Positions 1 to 13,671 are shown, counted from the first letter of the whole stretch. The stretch is 63,341 nucleotides of DNA, filler included, from Atractiella rhizophila (GCA_021432655.1; 10 parts of 10 records of this genome joined end to end with filler, not necessarily neighbours in it), one strand, 5' to 3'. The notes: generated by a model not told the origin, from the sequence alone. Translations and numbers: made by a program.

Positions 1-38
1 TCGATCTCATCAGGGATTACTTGGAGTAGGAAAGGCGT

Positions 39-1306
39 TTAGAGCCCTTTCAAGATCTCGTCCACCTCCCACTCGACGTCCTCCCAAACGTTCCTGTCGC
101 TCTTCCCCGTCCATCCCAACCTCCTCAGCCTGGTCGCCTTACTCCTACTATTACCCCCATAAGAAAGTGCATAAGAAGCTTCTTCTTTTCCGAATATCCC
201 ACGTTCCCAACTCCTCGCCACTTCACAATCTATCGTCCCTCTTTTTTTGAGTGCTAGCCCGATGGAGGAAGCGAGAGATTTCCAGCTGTGTGAACCGGTT
301 TCAGCAAAGTAGTAGAGAGAGGATAGGTCGGGAGAGGGTGAGAGGACGTTGGAGAGGATTAGGAGGTAGCCTGAGACTAGGGACTGGATCGAAACGTTGT
401 CTGCCAAAGAGTTGTGTTATAGAAAGTCATAGATGGGTGGGAGGAACATGACTGACTCCAGATCGCTTCTCCTTTCCCCCAATATCCTGAGTATCCCTCT
501 TTAATCTACGCATATTCATCAACATCAAAACTCCACAGCAAAAATACAAAAGGCTCACCGCCAACTGCACTAGATTGGGAATCTGCTGGCTCAATCTATT
601 GAACGGTCCTTCCCCAATCCCATAAATCAAAGGGGGCAACACGATCTGGATCCTTGCATCCCCTCCCTCCTTTCCCTCCACAAAACGCTTTATTTCGAGG
701 TCCATCTGACGATGCGGAGCATCGTCTTCCAATCTCTCGTCCATTTCCCCAGGCAAAGCATCGTCGTACACGTATTCAGACAGCTCCCCATCATCGTATT
801 TGCAAAGCTCGCCGGTGCCGGAGGTGTGGATGTAGACTACCGGTTTGGAGGAATCGGAACGTGTCGATATACCGTGAAGGATGGCGCGGACGGAGGGAAG
901 ATGGTCAGAGGACGCCGCGTTGATTATCTGTTCATTGTGTCCAGGTCATCAGCACAACTCTATCATGAAGATAGACATAATGAAGCGAGGGATGTTGGTG
1001 AAATATACGAACAACATCACTCGCTCTCGTCTCTGAAGTTATCAACTCCGTATCGTCGAGACCCCCAAGCACAGGACGGACCCCGAGTTCCCTCAGCTTC
1101 TGAGCTTGCTCCTCTCGTCGAACTAAAGCAGAAAAGGTGAAGGTTTCTTTGTAAGGAGACGTGGTAAGGAGGGCATGGAGGATTGCACCGCCGATATAGC
1201 CTGGCCCCAGGAGGAAGAGTGACTTTTTGGGCGAAGGAGGGTTAGGAGAGGAAGAGGTGTGAAAGCGGAGACGGATGTCGAGCTGTTGTTGTGGTGGGCT
1301 CTGCAT
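39..1306 (-). CDS. NAD(P)-binding epimerase/dehydratase (extended SDR-like) protein, multi-exon
   Basis: N-terminal Rossmann motif LFLLGPGYIGG followed by ALVRR and GVRPVLGGL; later IVLPPLIYGIGEG and SYGGNSRSKATRLRRLGW segments typical of this fungal family; ORF pieces separated by short introns. Confidence 0.85.
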
Positions 1307-2495
1307 CGTGATGATTGGAAGACTGAATTTAAATTGTCAGAGGGAGTTACAATATAAAGATGCCATAGCAAAGAATAAAAGAAAGTCATTTTGCACGAGA
1401 AAAGTCACGGAGCTGCTCATTCTCTTCCCTGTGCATGAAGAGCATGAAGAAAGGAGCATCCAGAGCTTACTTAGCCAACTATAGAGTACTCTCCATTGCC
1501 GTCCTTATAATATTCCCTCAAAGAAGGGCAAATGCCGAACGACAACAAGCTGAGATTCTACTAAACTCAGCCTGCAGCTGCCCTTACAAATACGCTGAAA
1601 GTTTGAAGGGAAAACAGCGGTGCAGTGATAGACTACTGCTATGCTACTTCTGCGATTTTGACAGCTCGGATTAATGGCTTCAACTGAAACTTTTTACTGT
1701 GAACATAGTGCAAAGATAAAAAACACTCCTGAGTGCTTATTTTGAAGTAAAATGATGAGTGAGCGAAGAGAAGTTGTTTTACGAGTGCTCAGTGGAGCAA
1801 AACTTGAAATGAACACAGTAATCTCGCACCTTGAACAATCGAACGAACAAATAGCACGATACAGACTGCTCCCTAACAACTCAGCCACTGATGAAGACAA
1901 CCGTGATTATTTCTCCGTTGCTTGCTCAATCTGAAATTGAACTTGTCACGTGATGTTTGGATTGTCGGATTGAGATTTCTTTGTCCCAATCCCATTTCCC
2001 ATACTTCTCAATACCCACTACGCCCGTCGCCCTTCCCCCAACATTTCAGAGATATTCAGCCGCTCCAGCAGTGTCGTCGTTCGTCAGGTCAAGATACCAA
2101 TCTTCCATCCATCGCTTGCGTCAGTGTTTTGACGTCGAGTCTGCGTGCGCCATCATTTCCTGTGCATCCAGGTGCATTCCATTGCACTTCACACTTCAGG
2201 TTAGCAGCGGAACGTTGAACTGGCCAAGAAGCGGACCTTGAGTCTGTGACACCGCGGTCGAACGAGGAGGCACTAGTGACGAGAAGAGTGAGCAATCCCA
2301 GATCCCAGAATTCCGTACATACTATCGTGTGCTCTTCCAATCAGTACTTCAACTCGGCAACACAAAATCAAAATTCAGGGTAGCTTCAGTACCAGCGGAC
2401 ACTTATACCATATTACAATCATCAGTAGTTAATCAGTCCACTTTTTCGTACATATCCATATCAAGCGGCTCCACATTCCTGCCTTTGTGATACGT

Positions 2496-5400
2496 ATGGT
2501 CAATATCGACTTTTCCAATCTCTCCCGCGCCACGACTTTCTCTTCCACAGCGGTTGAGACTGGCGAAGATACTTGGTGGAACAAGGTCGAAGCATGGAGT
2601 CGAGAGCATTTGAACTTCTTCCGGTAATTACTCGTTCCGTTCGAGCTGTGAACCCTGAGTCTGATGTTGAGGATAGTATTCATCTCATAGTCATTGTTAG
2701 CGTTTCGTTCATTGCTTCTGGCATCTTTTACGCTTCCAGGAAGGAAGAGGATAATGTAGCTTTCCTTTCACTCTTTCAAATTGAGCTGACATCAAAACCT
2801 GAACAGATCAGGTATATCGATGCGCTCTTCCTGTATGTAACCCCTTTCTCGCTTCCGTCAGGCCTGTGACGGTCGATAAACGACTGAGCAAGCGCAACGG
2901 TTGCAGATGTGTATCAGCCACCACCGTCACAGGGCTGCAGACGATCTTGTGCGCTCGTCATCTGTTGTAACCTCGTCTCCTTGACAAACTATGATGCTGG
3001 ACGCAGAATCAACCCACTCTCACGCTGGCAACAAGTCATCCTCTACGTCAGTTTCTCTCTCCCCTCTTTCTACTGTCCAATGCAAGCTCACTTCCTCAAA
3101 CAGATATGTACACAAATTGGGTCAATCGTCAGTCTCTTCCTCCTCTCCCGCCACCCTCTTTATGCTCACCTTAAGCACAGCCCGTCGTTGCTTTCCTCAC
3201 GGTCATCATCCGCCTCCACTTCTTCCGAGAGGCGATCCAAACGGCTGTAGAGACCAATCCTGGGTTATTGAAGAGGTTCAGGAAGCAAGTCGTCAGAACT
3301 TTCACGACCCGACCGACACAGGCAAGTGGAGCGGCGGAAGGGACGGGGTGGTTGAAGAAGTGGGTGGAGAAGACGGAGAAGGAGCAAGAGGAGAAGGAAC
3401 AGGCGGAGGGACAGGAGGAAGTAGCGGAGGAACGAAAGGAGGCTGAGAGAAGAGAGGGACAGAGCGACGCGACTTCTGCTACTAGGGTTTCTGATGCCAA
3501 CGAACCCGCCATGGCCACGAATTCGGAAGGACAGGGCACGGCAGAGATCCGAACGGAAGCTCAACAGCCTTCTGCTGCCCTCCAACGGCGGACTACCATC
3601 AACTTTGCCTCCCCTCCTTCTTCCACTCCTGCGTCACGTCCAGATGATCATATCCGCTTCCGAAAGGCAGCAAGAAAGGTACCAGCGATAGCGATTATCG
3701 CTTCGCCATCTTCTACCTCAGATCCTTCCGAAAACGCAGGAGTCCAACGTGGCATTCCCCTCTCCGCTGTCACCTCAAGTCCTACGAGCTATGCATTTGG
3801 AGAGAGCCCATTTAGACAGGGAACCATGGCTTATGAGCCTAAGGCTGGAATTGGGAACGGATTGCATGGCGGCACTGCTGGAGGGCAGAAGAACCCAGCC
3901 CTGTACAGTGAGGTCGGGGGTTTTAGGAATCCGGTGTGGGAGATCGCGAAATGGAGCGCAAGACAAGCGCACAGGCGACTGACCATGGTCCAGACACAGA
4001 CTCAGGGGAGTGGGATCAAGAGAACGAAAACTGGGCTAGGCGAGGAGGAAGGAGTGGAGGAGGTGGAACTGGAGGATGTCTGGGATAAGGTCGTGGGTTA
4101 TTTGAGCTTTGATGTCCGTGGAAAGGTCGGGAAGAACTCTAACTTCAAACGCTTGACCTTGGAAGAACAGGAAGAACTTGGGGGAGTGGAGTACAAGGCG
4201 CTGATGGCGCTCGCTTGGATTGTGGGTGGTACGTATTCTATACCCAATGGCGAAAATTGATGCGAACTTTCCTTAGGTTATTGGGTCGGCCTCCAACTCA
4301 TTTCCACCATTATTCTAGCACCTTACTTCAAGGCCGGACACTTCAAAGACATCTTTCAAGCTAATGGAGATCCTAACACTACCTGGTATTCCTTCTTTCA
4401 AGTCGCATCGTCTCTCGCCAACAATGGTATGAGGTATGCCCTCCTTTTCCCACCGTTGATTGGATCTTGACTGCCCCTATAGCTTAGTGGACGCTTCTCT
4501 AGTACCATTCCGGGAGACCTACCTCCTCAGTATCATGTGTGCCCTCCTCATCGTAGCTGGAAACACGTACGCTGCACTTTAATCCTATGATCTTGGCTGA
4601 TGGAGAGGCCAGAGGTTACCCAATTTTCCTACGCTTTATCATCTGGACGCTGAACAAAATCCGTCCCTCTCCTTCTCTTCAATTCCTCCTCGATCATCCA
4701 CGCCGGTGTTTCCTCTACCTCTTCCCATCGTACCAGACCTGGTTCCTTGTCATCATCCTCTTCGTCTTCCTCATCGTCGACTGGCTCTCCCTTCTCTTAC
4801 TCAACATCGACTTGGAAGTCATTGAATCCATTCCTCTTGGCCAAAGAGTCGGGTTAACTCTCATCCAAAGCCTCCTGATAAGGAGCGCGGGGATGCAGTT
4901 GATACCTGTCGGCTCGTTATCCCCAGCTCAACAGTTCTGGTTAGTCCACTGCTCCGTCGAACATGACTCAATGCCCAGCTGATTTGGGTATTGTAACCAG
5001 GTACGCTGTCCTCATGTACATCACGGTCTACCCTATTGCGGTGTCAATTCGTTCGACGAACGTATACGAGAATAAGAGTGTGGGAGTGTTCGAGGAGGAT
5101 TCAGACAGCGAGGCAGAAGAAGCCGACCTAGATAAGAAGAATGATCCGGGAGAATACGTCGGATATCATGTTAGGAAGCTACTTGAATTTGACATTTGGT
5201 GGCTTGGTGAGCTAACACACATCCATATTGAATTGACAAACGCTCATCGTTTCTCGCAGTGTTTGGCATTTGGCTCATTTGCGTCTCGGAACGAGGTGCA
5301 CATTTCTTTTCAGACGGAGATAGCTTGCTCATAACGTGTGAAAGCCCTCATACGTAATAGCTCAAACAATGACTGGTTCAACTTCCAAACGGTCCGATTT

Positions 5401-5824
5401 CTGCCCTACATCAAATGCTCACGTGCTCAAATATATACAGGTCCTCTTCGAGGTCACGTCTGCATATGGAACGACAGGGCTATCCACTGGCGTACCTTAT
5501 GCCAGTTACTCCCTCTCTGGAGCCTTCAACACCTTTTCCAAACTCGTCATCTGCGTCGTCATGATCCGCGGTCGTCACCGCGGCCTACCGCTGGCCATCG
5601 ACCGCTCTGTCCTCCTCCCCAGCACGCTGGAAGAACACGGCGAGTTTCGAGCTCCAGGGCAAGGGGAGAGGGAAAGGAAGATGACTATGATGGCGGAGCA
5701 ACGTGCGGGAAGAGAGGAAGCCGCTGGGCCTACAAGCTCACCTCCAATTGTTCAAGACGTGGACGACACTGTCGTGGATAGTCCAACCTCTGTGGAAAGG
5801 ACGGTATCTTTTGAGCCACGATGA
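2496..5824 (+). CDS. TRK1: Trk-type potassium transporter, multi-exon
   Basis: Spliced N-terminus HLNFFR/IHLIVIVSVSFIASGIFYAS; EELGGVEYKAL, FLLDHPRRCFLYLFP, MYITVYPIAVSIRSTNVYE, LFEVTSAYGTTGLSTG and MIRGRHRGLP are hallmark fungal Trk motifs; symbol denotes the family, TRK1 vs TRK2 not resolved. Confidence 0.92.
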
Positions 5825-6782
5825 AGGGATGACGAAGATTGAGATAGATGGCGACGGATAGGCTGTAGTCATTTTCATTTTGGGTTGAGGTGCATGCCTT
5901 CCTTACATTCTCATTTTTCAGTTGCCTATTCCTTGAACTTTTTGCTCCATTTTGTGATATACAGAGCCTGCCGTGGAAGGGTGATCAACATCCGGTTTGT
6001 GTGTATCCTCACCGTCATTCTCCCTTTCAATCAGATCAACCCAAAAGGCAAACGACGCCAGAAAGGAGGGATTTGGATCCTGGTCGAAGAGTGACAAAGA
6101 GAGCTAACTTGAATTGCATCCGAGACATCAGACACTTCAAGCAAGCGTGTTTTCGCTGGCGGGTATTTTGTCCGCCTTTAGTTCATCCATTTTCACCCAA
6201 TCTAATAACTCGAAGGGTTGCCAGCGCTGGTGTGGCATTAGTAGGCCTAAAATTCCTAACCGTTCCTCTCCCTTTAAGTTGTGATAGGATCCTCTCCCCG
6301 TACGCATCTAGCTTCAAGCTTTATGCAAGGACTGAGTACTCAATCCTCCTCAGAAACCTCTGTGCTTTCGCTGGTAAGATTGAAAACCTCGCTGTGTTAA
6401 GTTTCAGTAATTGATAGTCAATTCAACTTGCTCCAACTTCAATTTGGAGCCAGCGAGACAGACGGTTTGGCAAACGGATGGGGGGATTAAATTGTGAAAC
6501 TCAAGCTACATAGCTCGCTCTTTGACATGAACCTATCCTCGACACCTACGCAACTTCGTGGGGGTCAGCGTTTGCGTACATTACCAATCGGGAGGAGACT
6601 CACTTTCAACTTTGAATTGGCGCTCCTCCGCTAAGCGCTTCAGTGTTTCCATCGCCTGACTTTCAAAACCTCCTTTCAAGCGCACAAGTCTCAAAGCTGG
6701 GAGTGATCCTTCCATAATCGCGCTATTTAATTCGACTGNNNNNNNNNNNNNNNNNNNNNNNNNNNNNNNNNNNNNNNNNNNN

Positions 6783-6794
6783 TTAATTAATTAA
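6783..6794. other. Artificial contig linker TTAATTAATTAA inside N-runs (recurs in gaps near 13.6, 20.4, 27.2, 34.0, 40.8, 47.6, 49.9 and 56.6 kb)
   Basis: Identical 12-mer centred in 100-nt gaps; gives stops in all six frames. Confidence 0.97.
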
Positions 6795-6838
6795 NNNNNN
6801 NNNNNNNNNNNNNNNNNNNNNNNNNNNNNNNNNNNNNN

Positions 6839-7074
6839 AACACAAAGATCGTTCCGAGGACAAGGAGAAGAAGAAGAAGGACAAGTCTTCTCGTTCTCGT
6901 CATCGTTCTCGCTCTCTCGAACGAGAGCGGCGCAAGGAAGGTGCATACGAACGTCGTCGCTCTCGATCGCCTGCGCGTAGGGAACGAGAACGCTATAGAT
7001 CACGTTCTAGGTCTCCACCTCGCCATCGTGACCGTAGCCGTGAACGTTCTTCCCGCCGTGATGACAGGAGATAA
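6839..7074 (+). CDS. 3' end of an RS/RE-rich protein (splicing-factor-like); 5' part lost in gap
   Basis: Open frame reading ...KSSRSRHRSRSLERERR...RSRSPARRERERYRSRSRSPPRHRDRSRERSSRRDDRR then TAA at 7072-7074. Confidence 0.7.
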
Positions 7075-7713
7075 AAGTTCATGCTCAGTCAGTTGATTCT
7101 AATTCTTCTTCTTTAATTTCATATTGTGTCCGTATGTTCTGTTGACTGAAATTTATGTGTGCTTAAACTCAGAGTCATGATTTCTTGACTTCTTTATCAG
7201 GAGAGGAGCTTATGCAGGCGGACTGACTCAGGTCGGCTTGCACACGATGTGGTTCTCTTCCTCTCAGGACATTCAACTTGCCACCTGCAAATATGTGAAC
7301 ACCCTCTCGCGACTCCGGTTTTTGTGAGTATTTCAGTGTAGGTGCTTCCTTTCGGTTCGAATATTTTGGGCATTGCTTGTTATTCAAATTGTCCAATTGT
7401 CGATCCTTCACCTCACACTGCCTCGCCAAATTCTACAGCATGGGTCAATCGACCTAATAACTCCTCTTTTGTGGGTTCAACACTCGGTCAATCCTCGCAT
7501 GCTCAGTTTTGCCAACTTGTGTCAATCTCGCTATGCTCCCTTTTAGATATCAATCGTACATCCGAGTCTGAAGCAGCATCTCCTTCCACAACGATTACAA
7601 CCTGGATCTAACTCCAACGTTCCGTTAGTGTTTGCCTCGCCTAAGCGTTAACCATTGTTCGAGTTTTACTTTCTCTCCTCGTCTATGGGCACTAGAACAG
7701 CATTCATCAGACG

Positions 7714-8941
7714 ATGGCATCTCTTGACAAGCTACCCACGCATATACTAGAGAAAATCATAAAGGCGGCCTCGCATAGTTCTGGTGGAGGCACATACGTT
7801 GCACCCTCTCTCCTGCTCATCTGTCGTACAAATCGGCGTCTTCAAGCCATCTGCCAACGCCTAATCTTCTTCCACCCGACTCTCCCAACCGTTCGCTCCG
7901 TCAAGGCATTTTGCCGTCTACTCCTGAAGAAGGAGGAGTTACGAAACCTTCCTCGGCTCATTGACTTCGGACTCAGGAATCATATCTTCGAAGAAGATCG
8001 GAAATGGGTCAGACGCTTACTTGCCATTTGCACAAATTTAGTGGCTATCTCTTACTCCGACCACGACGCTGGCGCGACCACGGATCTTTTCGAGAGAGTG
8101 GCTACTTCGACGTCCTTAAACTGCCTTCGATCTGCCCAAGTGGCTTTTCGTCTCACCTTGGGTGAACCTGCACTGCTGGATTTTCTCCTTGCTGAGAATG
8201 CGAACTCGAGCTTAAGAGCATTGAGGTTCTTCGAGTGCCATTTTGAACAAGGATGTTCCTTAATTAGCGAGACTGCAACGATCCCAAAAGCGACAGGACT
8301 CGACAATCTGACAATCCTTCACTTCGTCAGGTGTTCTATTAGTTTAACTAGTCTCATCGAATTTGCAAATGTGTTCAACTCTGTTACTCACGGACGTCTC
8401 AACGATCTGTCACTGAGAGAACTCCGTATCCGAGATTCTGGGAGCGAATTCGAGATCCCTGCCGGCTGGGTCGAAAGATTTTTCGCTGCCTCCCAAATTG
8501 GGACGACGCTGAAGAGATTCTCCTACACCCCTCTCTGGAAAACTGGCGATTACGACGAACTTGCCTTCACACCGCAAGTTTTCACACACCTCCCCAATAT
8601 CAAACAGGGTGGACGTGAAGGGATCCACTCTCCTCGCCGCGCACATTGCCCGCATCCCGTCATGCATCGAATCCCTATTATTGAAGGAGAAATTCAACGA
8701 TAATATGTCTATCGGACTTCGTGCCTATGAAGCGGACATCAGAGCGAGTGTGAAGGAAATGACGAGACGACTGGAGAATGGGGAGTTTCCGAAACTGGGG
8801 AGGTATGCGAGTCGACTCCTTGCTGGTGAGGAAGGTTTGAGAAGGATGTTGCGGAAGAATGGCACGACTGTGGTGCCTTCCAGACCTTACGAGCCCAGGT
8901 GGGATGTTGAAGTATTGGATTTGCCGAAGGAGGATGTGTAA
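7714..8941 (+). CDS. F-box/LRR-like protein with an apparent +1 frameshift near 8607
   Basis: N-terminal LDKLPTHILEKII (F-box-like) and LxxLxL-type repeats; protein-like reading continues in another frame (VDVKGSTLLA...LESLLL-like) to the stop at 8941. Confidence 0.6.
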
Positions 8942-11900
8942 GTTGATTCGTCTTGTTACCTCATGCCTCGTTGACGAAACGAAACTTGATTCGTGGAATA
9001 GTCTATGGTTGATGGCACAAGTGGAAGAGCAACCGTATCACGCTCCTTCTAGGCGGCAGTAGTTTTCCGTTAGATGTTCCCATCGTGACTTTACTCCTTC
9101 TACGCTTAAGCCGTCCCTTCCATGGGTTTACTACTTTCACACCTTTTCATATTTATAAACCACAAACTGGACTCTTGCATTATTGTCTTGAGACAACTTA
9201 GACCGTAATTGCCTCGTTGTAACTTGACTGAAATGGACTTGTCCATCCTCGATGGAGGCCATCATACCCTGAAGTGCCATGATCGGAAAGTTACATGTTG
9301 CTTGTCTTTTGAATCGCTTCGTCACCCAATGCTTCAATCTACACTTTTGCGCAGTGTGATAGGCATGAACTTCAGAGTAATGTCACAAATGTGAACACTG
9401 TTAACAATTTCAGTGAACTGACGGACCCTCTCGGAGCATTCCGACGACAAAGTTCTTCCCTCACCGATTCGGATGTTCCCGATTCTCACATTGAATCGAA
9501 GGGTTCCAACATTCCTATGCTTCTTCCCAAACAGCTCCTCATCTCACTCCTTCAGCAGTTAATTGATTAACATTGACCATGTTATACATTCTTTTCCTCC
9601 TCCCGCTCATTCTCGCACACGTGCACTCTCCCCACGCTCGCTCCCACTCCCACTCCCATTCTCATTCTCATTCTCACCTCGTGACCCGCGCAACATGCAC
9701 GCTCTCCCCCTCCAACCCTTCTTCCTACTGGCTCCAATCCCTCGGCGGCATCCACGGCAGCGCACCCTACGCGTCCTCTCCGGGCAGCTACAAGGTGTTT
9801 AGGAATGTGAAGCAGTATGGAGCGAAGGGGGATGGAGTCACCGTACGCGCTTCGTTCCCTTTCACTTTGTCATATTCAATTAGTTTGGAGAGTAACTTTT
9901 CTTATAGGACGACACGGATGCTATCAATCTAGCTATTTCGGACGGGAATAGGTGTGGGTATGGATGTCCTGGTTTGTCTTTCTTCTTTTCTCTTTCTGTT
10001 CGAAACTTGCTGATAACGGTGTGGGACTAAGCGACGACTGCAACTCCTGCCACTGTCTACTTCCCACCAGGTCTGTCCCTTCGTCCATTCCCATTTCGAA
10101 CAGCATACCGAATGACGTTCTTTATGATCCAGGCACTTACCTCGTCAAGAAACCCATCATCCAATTCTACTACACACAGCTATCCTTAAACTGCCTTCGA
10201 TCTGCCCAAGTGGCTTTTCGTCTCACCTTGGGTGAACCTGCACTGCTGGATTTTCTCCTTGCTGAGAATGCGAACTCGAGCTTAAGAGCATTGAGGTTCT
10301 TCGAGTGCCATTTTGAACAAGGATGTTCCTTAATTAGCGAGACTGCAACGATCCCAAAAGCGACAGGACTCGACAATCTGACAATCCTTCACTTCGTCAG
10401 GTGTTCTATTAGTTTAACTAGTCTCATCGAATTTGCAAATGTGTTCAACTCTGTTACTCACGGACGTCTCAACGATCTGTCACTGAGAGAACTCCGTATC
10501 CGAGATTCTGGGAGCGAATTCGAGATCCCTGCCGGCTGGGTCGAAAGATTTTTCGCTGCCTCCCAAATTGGGACGACGCTGAAGAGATTCTCCTACACCC
10601 CTCTCTGGAAAACTGGCGATTACGACGAACTTGCCTTCACACCGCAAGTTTTCACACACCTCCCCAATATCAAACAGGGTGGACGTGAAGGGATCCACTC
10701 TCCTCGCCGCGCACATTGCCCGCATCCCGTCATGCATCGAATCCCTATTATTGAAGGAGAAATTCAACGATAATATGTCTATCGGACTTCGTGCCTATGA
10801 AGCGGACATCAGAGCGAGTGTGAAGGAAATGACGAGACGACTGGAGAATGGGGAGTTTCCGAAACTGGGGAGGTATGCGAGTCGACTCCTTGCTGGTGAG
10901 GAAGGTTTGAGAAGGATGTTGCGGAAGAATGGCACGACTGTGGTGCCTTCCAGACCTTACGAGCCCAGGTGGGATGTTGAAGTATTGGATTTGCCGAAGG
11001 AGGATGTGTAAGTTGATTCGTCTTGTTACCTCATGCCTCGTTGACGAAACGAAACTTGATTCGTGGAATAGTCTATGGTTGATGGCACAAGTGGAAGAGC
11101 AACCGTATCACGCTCCTTCTAGGCGGCAGTAGTTTTCCGTTAGATGTTCCCATCGTGACTTTACTCCTTCTACGCTTAAGCCGTCCCTTCCATGGGTTTA
11201 CTACTTTCACACCTTTTCATATTTATAAACCACAAACTGGACTCTTGCATTATTGTCTTGAGACAACTTAGACCGTAATTGCCTCGTTGTAACTTGACTG
11301 AAATGGACTTGTCCATCCTCGATGGAGGCCATCATACCCTGAAGTGCCATGATCGGAAAGTTACATGTTGCTTGTCTTTTGAATCGCTTCGTCACCCAAT
11401 GCTTCAATCTACACTTTTGCGCAGTGTGATAGGCATGAACTTCAGAGTAATGTCACAAATGTGAACACTGTTAACAATTTCAGTGAACTGACGGACCCTC
11501 TCGGAGCATTCCGACGACAAAGTTCTTCCCTCACCGATTCGGATGTTCCCGATTCTCACATTGAATCGAAGGGTTCCAACATTCCTATGCTTCTTCCCAA
11601 ACAGCTCCTCATCTCACTCCTTCAGCAGTTAATTGATTAACATTGACCATGTTATACATTCTTTTCCTCCTCCCGCTCATTCTCGCACACGTGCACTCTC
11701 CCCACGCTCGCTCCCACTCCCACTCCCATTCTCATTCTCATTCTCACCTCGTGACCCGCGCAACATGCACGCTCTCCCCCTCCAACCCTTCTTCCTACTG
11801 GCTCCAATCCCTCGGCGGCATCCACGGCAGCGCACCCTACGCGTCCTCTCCGGGCAGCTACAAGGTGTTTAGGAATGTGAAGCAGTATGGAGCGAAGGGG

Positions 11901-12251
11901 GATGGAGTCACCGTACGCGCTTCGTTCCCTTTCACTTTGTCATATTCAATTAGTTTGGAGAGTAACTTTTCTTATAGGACGACACGGATGCTATCAATCT
12001 AGCTATTTCGGACGGGAATAGGTGTGGGTATGGATGTCCTGGTTTGTCTTTCTTCTTTTCTCTTTCTGTTCGAAACTTGCTGATAACGGTGTGGGACTAA
12101 GCGACGACTGCAACTCCTGCCACTGTCTACTTCCCACCAGGTCTGTCCCTTCGTCCATTCCCATTTCGAACAGCATACCGAATGACGTTCTTTATGATCC
12201 AGGCACTTACCTCGTCAAGAAACCCATCATCCAGTTCTACTACACACAGCT
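8113..12251. repeat. Near-perfect tandem duplication, 2,070-bp period (8113-10181 and 10183-12251)
   Basis: Identical ORF translations offset by 2070; differences seen are A10164 vs G12234 and one extra A at the junction (10182). Confidence 0.97.
9579..10773 (+). CDS. Chimeric gene: GH55 5' exons fused in frame to the F-box/LRR gene 3' part
   Basis: Reading GTYLVKKPIIQFYYTQL continues directly into SLNCLRSAQVAF across the duplication junction. Confidence 0.5.
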
Positions 12252-13571
12252 CGTCGGAGACCCTTCCAACAGAGCCATCATCAAGGCTTCCTCTGCGTTC
12301 TCTTTCAGTTCTCCAAATGCTGGTATTGCGGTCATAGGTCCGTCTTCTCCTTTGCCTGCCTCTCCTCGTACTGCCTACAGAATAGTTCAAGGAACTGACG
12401 GTATGTAATTGGTGATGCTTGTACAGATGCCGATCCATACGGTTCGTCGTCCCTTCAATCTAGATTTTCGTCTGCGTCTTTGTCAATGGATAGGAATGAT
12501 GTATGGACCCAGATACGAATGGAAACAACTGGTATTTCAACACCAACCAATTCTTCCGATCCATACGCAACCTCATAGTCGACACCACCTCCGTGAGTCC
12601 TCCCCACTTCAACCATTAACAATCACGCGGTCATTCGATCAACCTGGGACACTGATAGGAGGTGTCTGTCAATAGGTCCCTCCAGCGACGGTGGCGAGAG
12701 GCATACACTGGCAAGTCTCACAGGCGACGTCGTTGCAGAATGTCGAGGTGAGGATGAGCCAGAAGAAGGGAAGCAAACATCAAGGTTCGTTTGCCCCTCT
12801 CCACCTTTCTGATTTTGGGTTTGAAGGAGAAGGGCTAAAGGAATGGGATAGGTGTCTTTTGCGAGAATGGAAGCGGTGAGCGTTTCCTTCCCTTGAAGAG
12901 CGTGAAGCTGAGAAATCCGTCTTGGTTCTATTAGGTGGATTTCTGAGGTTCGCCATTTGCTCATTTGGCTCTGTTGAAGAGAAAGAAAGAACTGAGGAGG
13001 AGACAGTGATTTGACTACTGTCGGAGGAGAATACGGGCTTGTCCGTCTTCCTTCCCTGCTCCATTCAACTCGGTTCATCCAGGCTAACTTTATTCTGGAT
13101 GTAGTGGATAGGAAACCAACGTTCGCTCTTCTCTCTCACCTTTCCTCCTGACCTGCTTATCATGATGATTGGACAACAGAATTCACTGTTCGGTAGGCTT
13201 TTTCACTTCCCTTCCCTCCTCTGGAACTAGCTGATTTTTCTTCGATTTGTGATGTGACAGAAATGTGAATGCCGCGAATGCTCAAGGCGCAGGGATCTTC
13301 GTTAGCTGGAACTGGGGTATGACATTCCTCGGCACCGTGATCAAGAACTGTTCCGTACGTCCTTCCCTTCTCTCACGGTAATTTCTACTGCCGCTAATGA
13401 CCTTAACGATGATAAGGTCGGAATCGACCTCTCCGCCGCTGCCCGTCACACCTTCATCTCCGACAGCTCCATTTCCTCTTCCCCCATCTTCGCCCGCACT
13501 CCTTCCGTCGCGGACAGCCACAGTTTGGTGCTCGATAACACGTACCTTAAAGATGTGGTAAATACCCTTGT
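11649..13571 (+). CDS. Secreted GH55 exo-beta-1,3-glucanase, many short exons, 3' end lost in gap
   Basis: Signal peptide; YKVFRNVKQYGAKGDGVTDDTDAINLAISDGNRCG, VYFPPGTYLV, YYTQLVGDP, FFRSIRN, GIHWQVSQATSLQNV and ENGSGGF motifs. Confidence 0.92.
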
Positions 13572-13671
13572 NNNNNNNNNNNNNNNNNNNNNNNNNNNNN
13601 NNNNNNNNNNNNNNNTTAATTAATTAANNNNNNNNNNNNNNNNNNNNNNNNNNNNNNNNNNNNNNNNNNNN

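Noticed and set aside
3171..3585. Hydrophobic minus-strand ORFs inside the Trk gene
   Set aside because: Antisense shadows of a GA-rich (Glu/Lys) coding stretch
6783..6794. Recurrent TTAATTAATTAA palindrome as a biological repeat
   Set aside because: Always centred in 100-nt N gaps, so it is a scaffolding linker; adjacency and distance across these gaps are also uncertain
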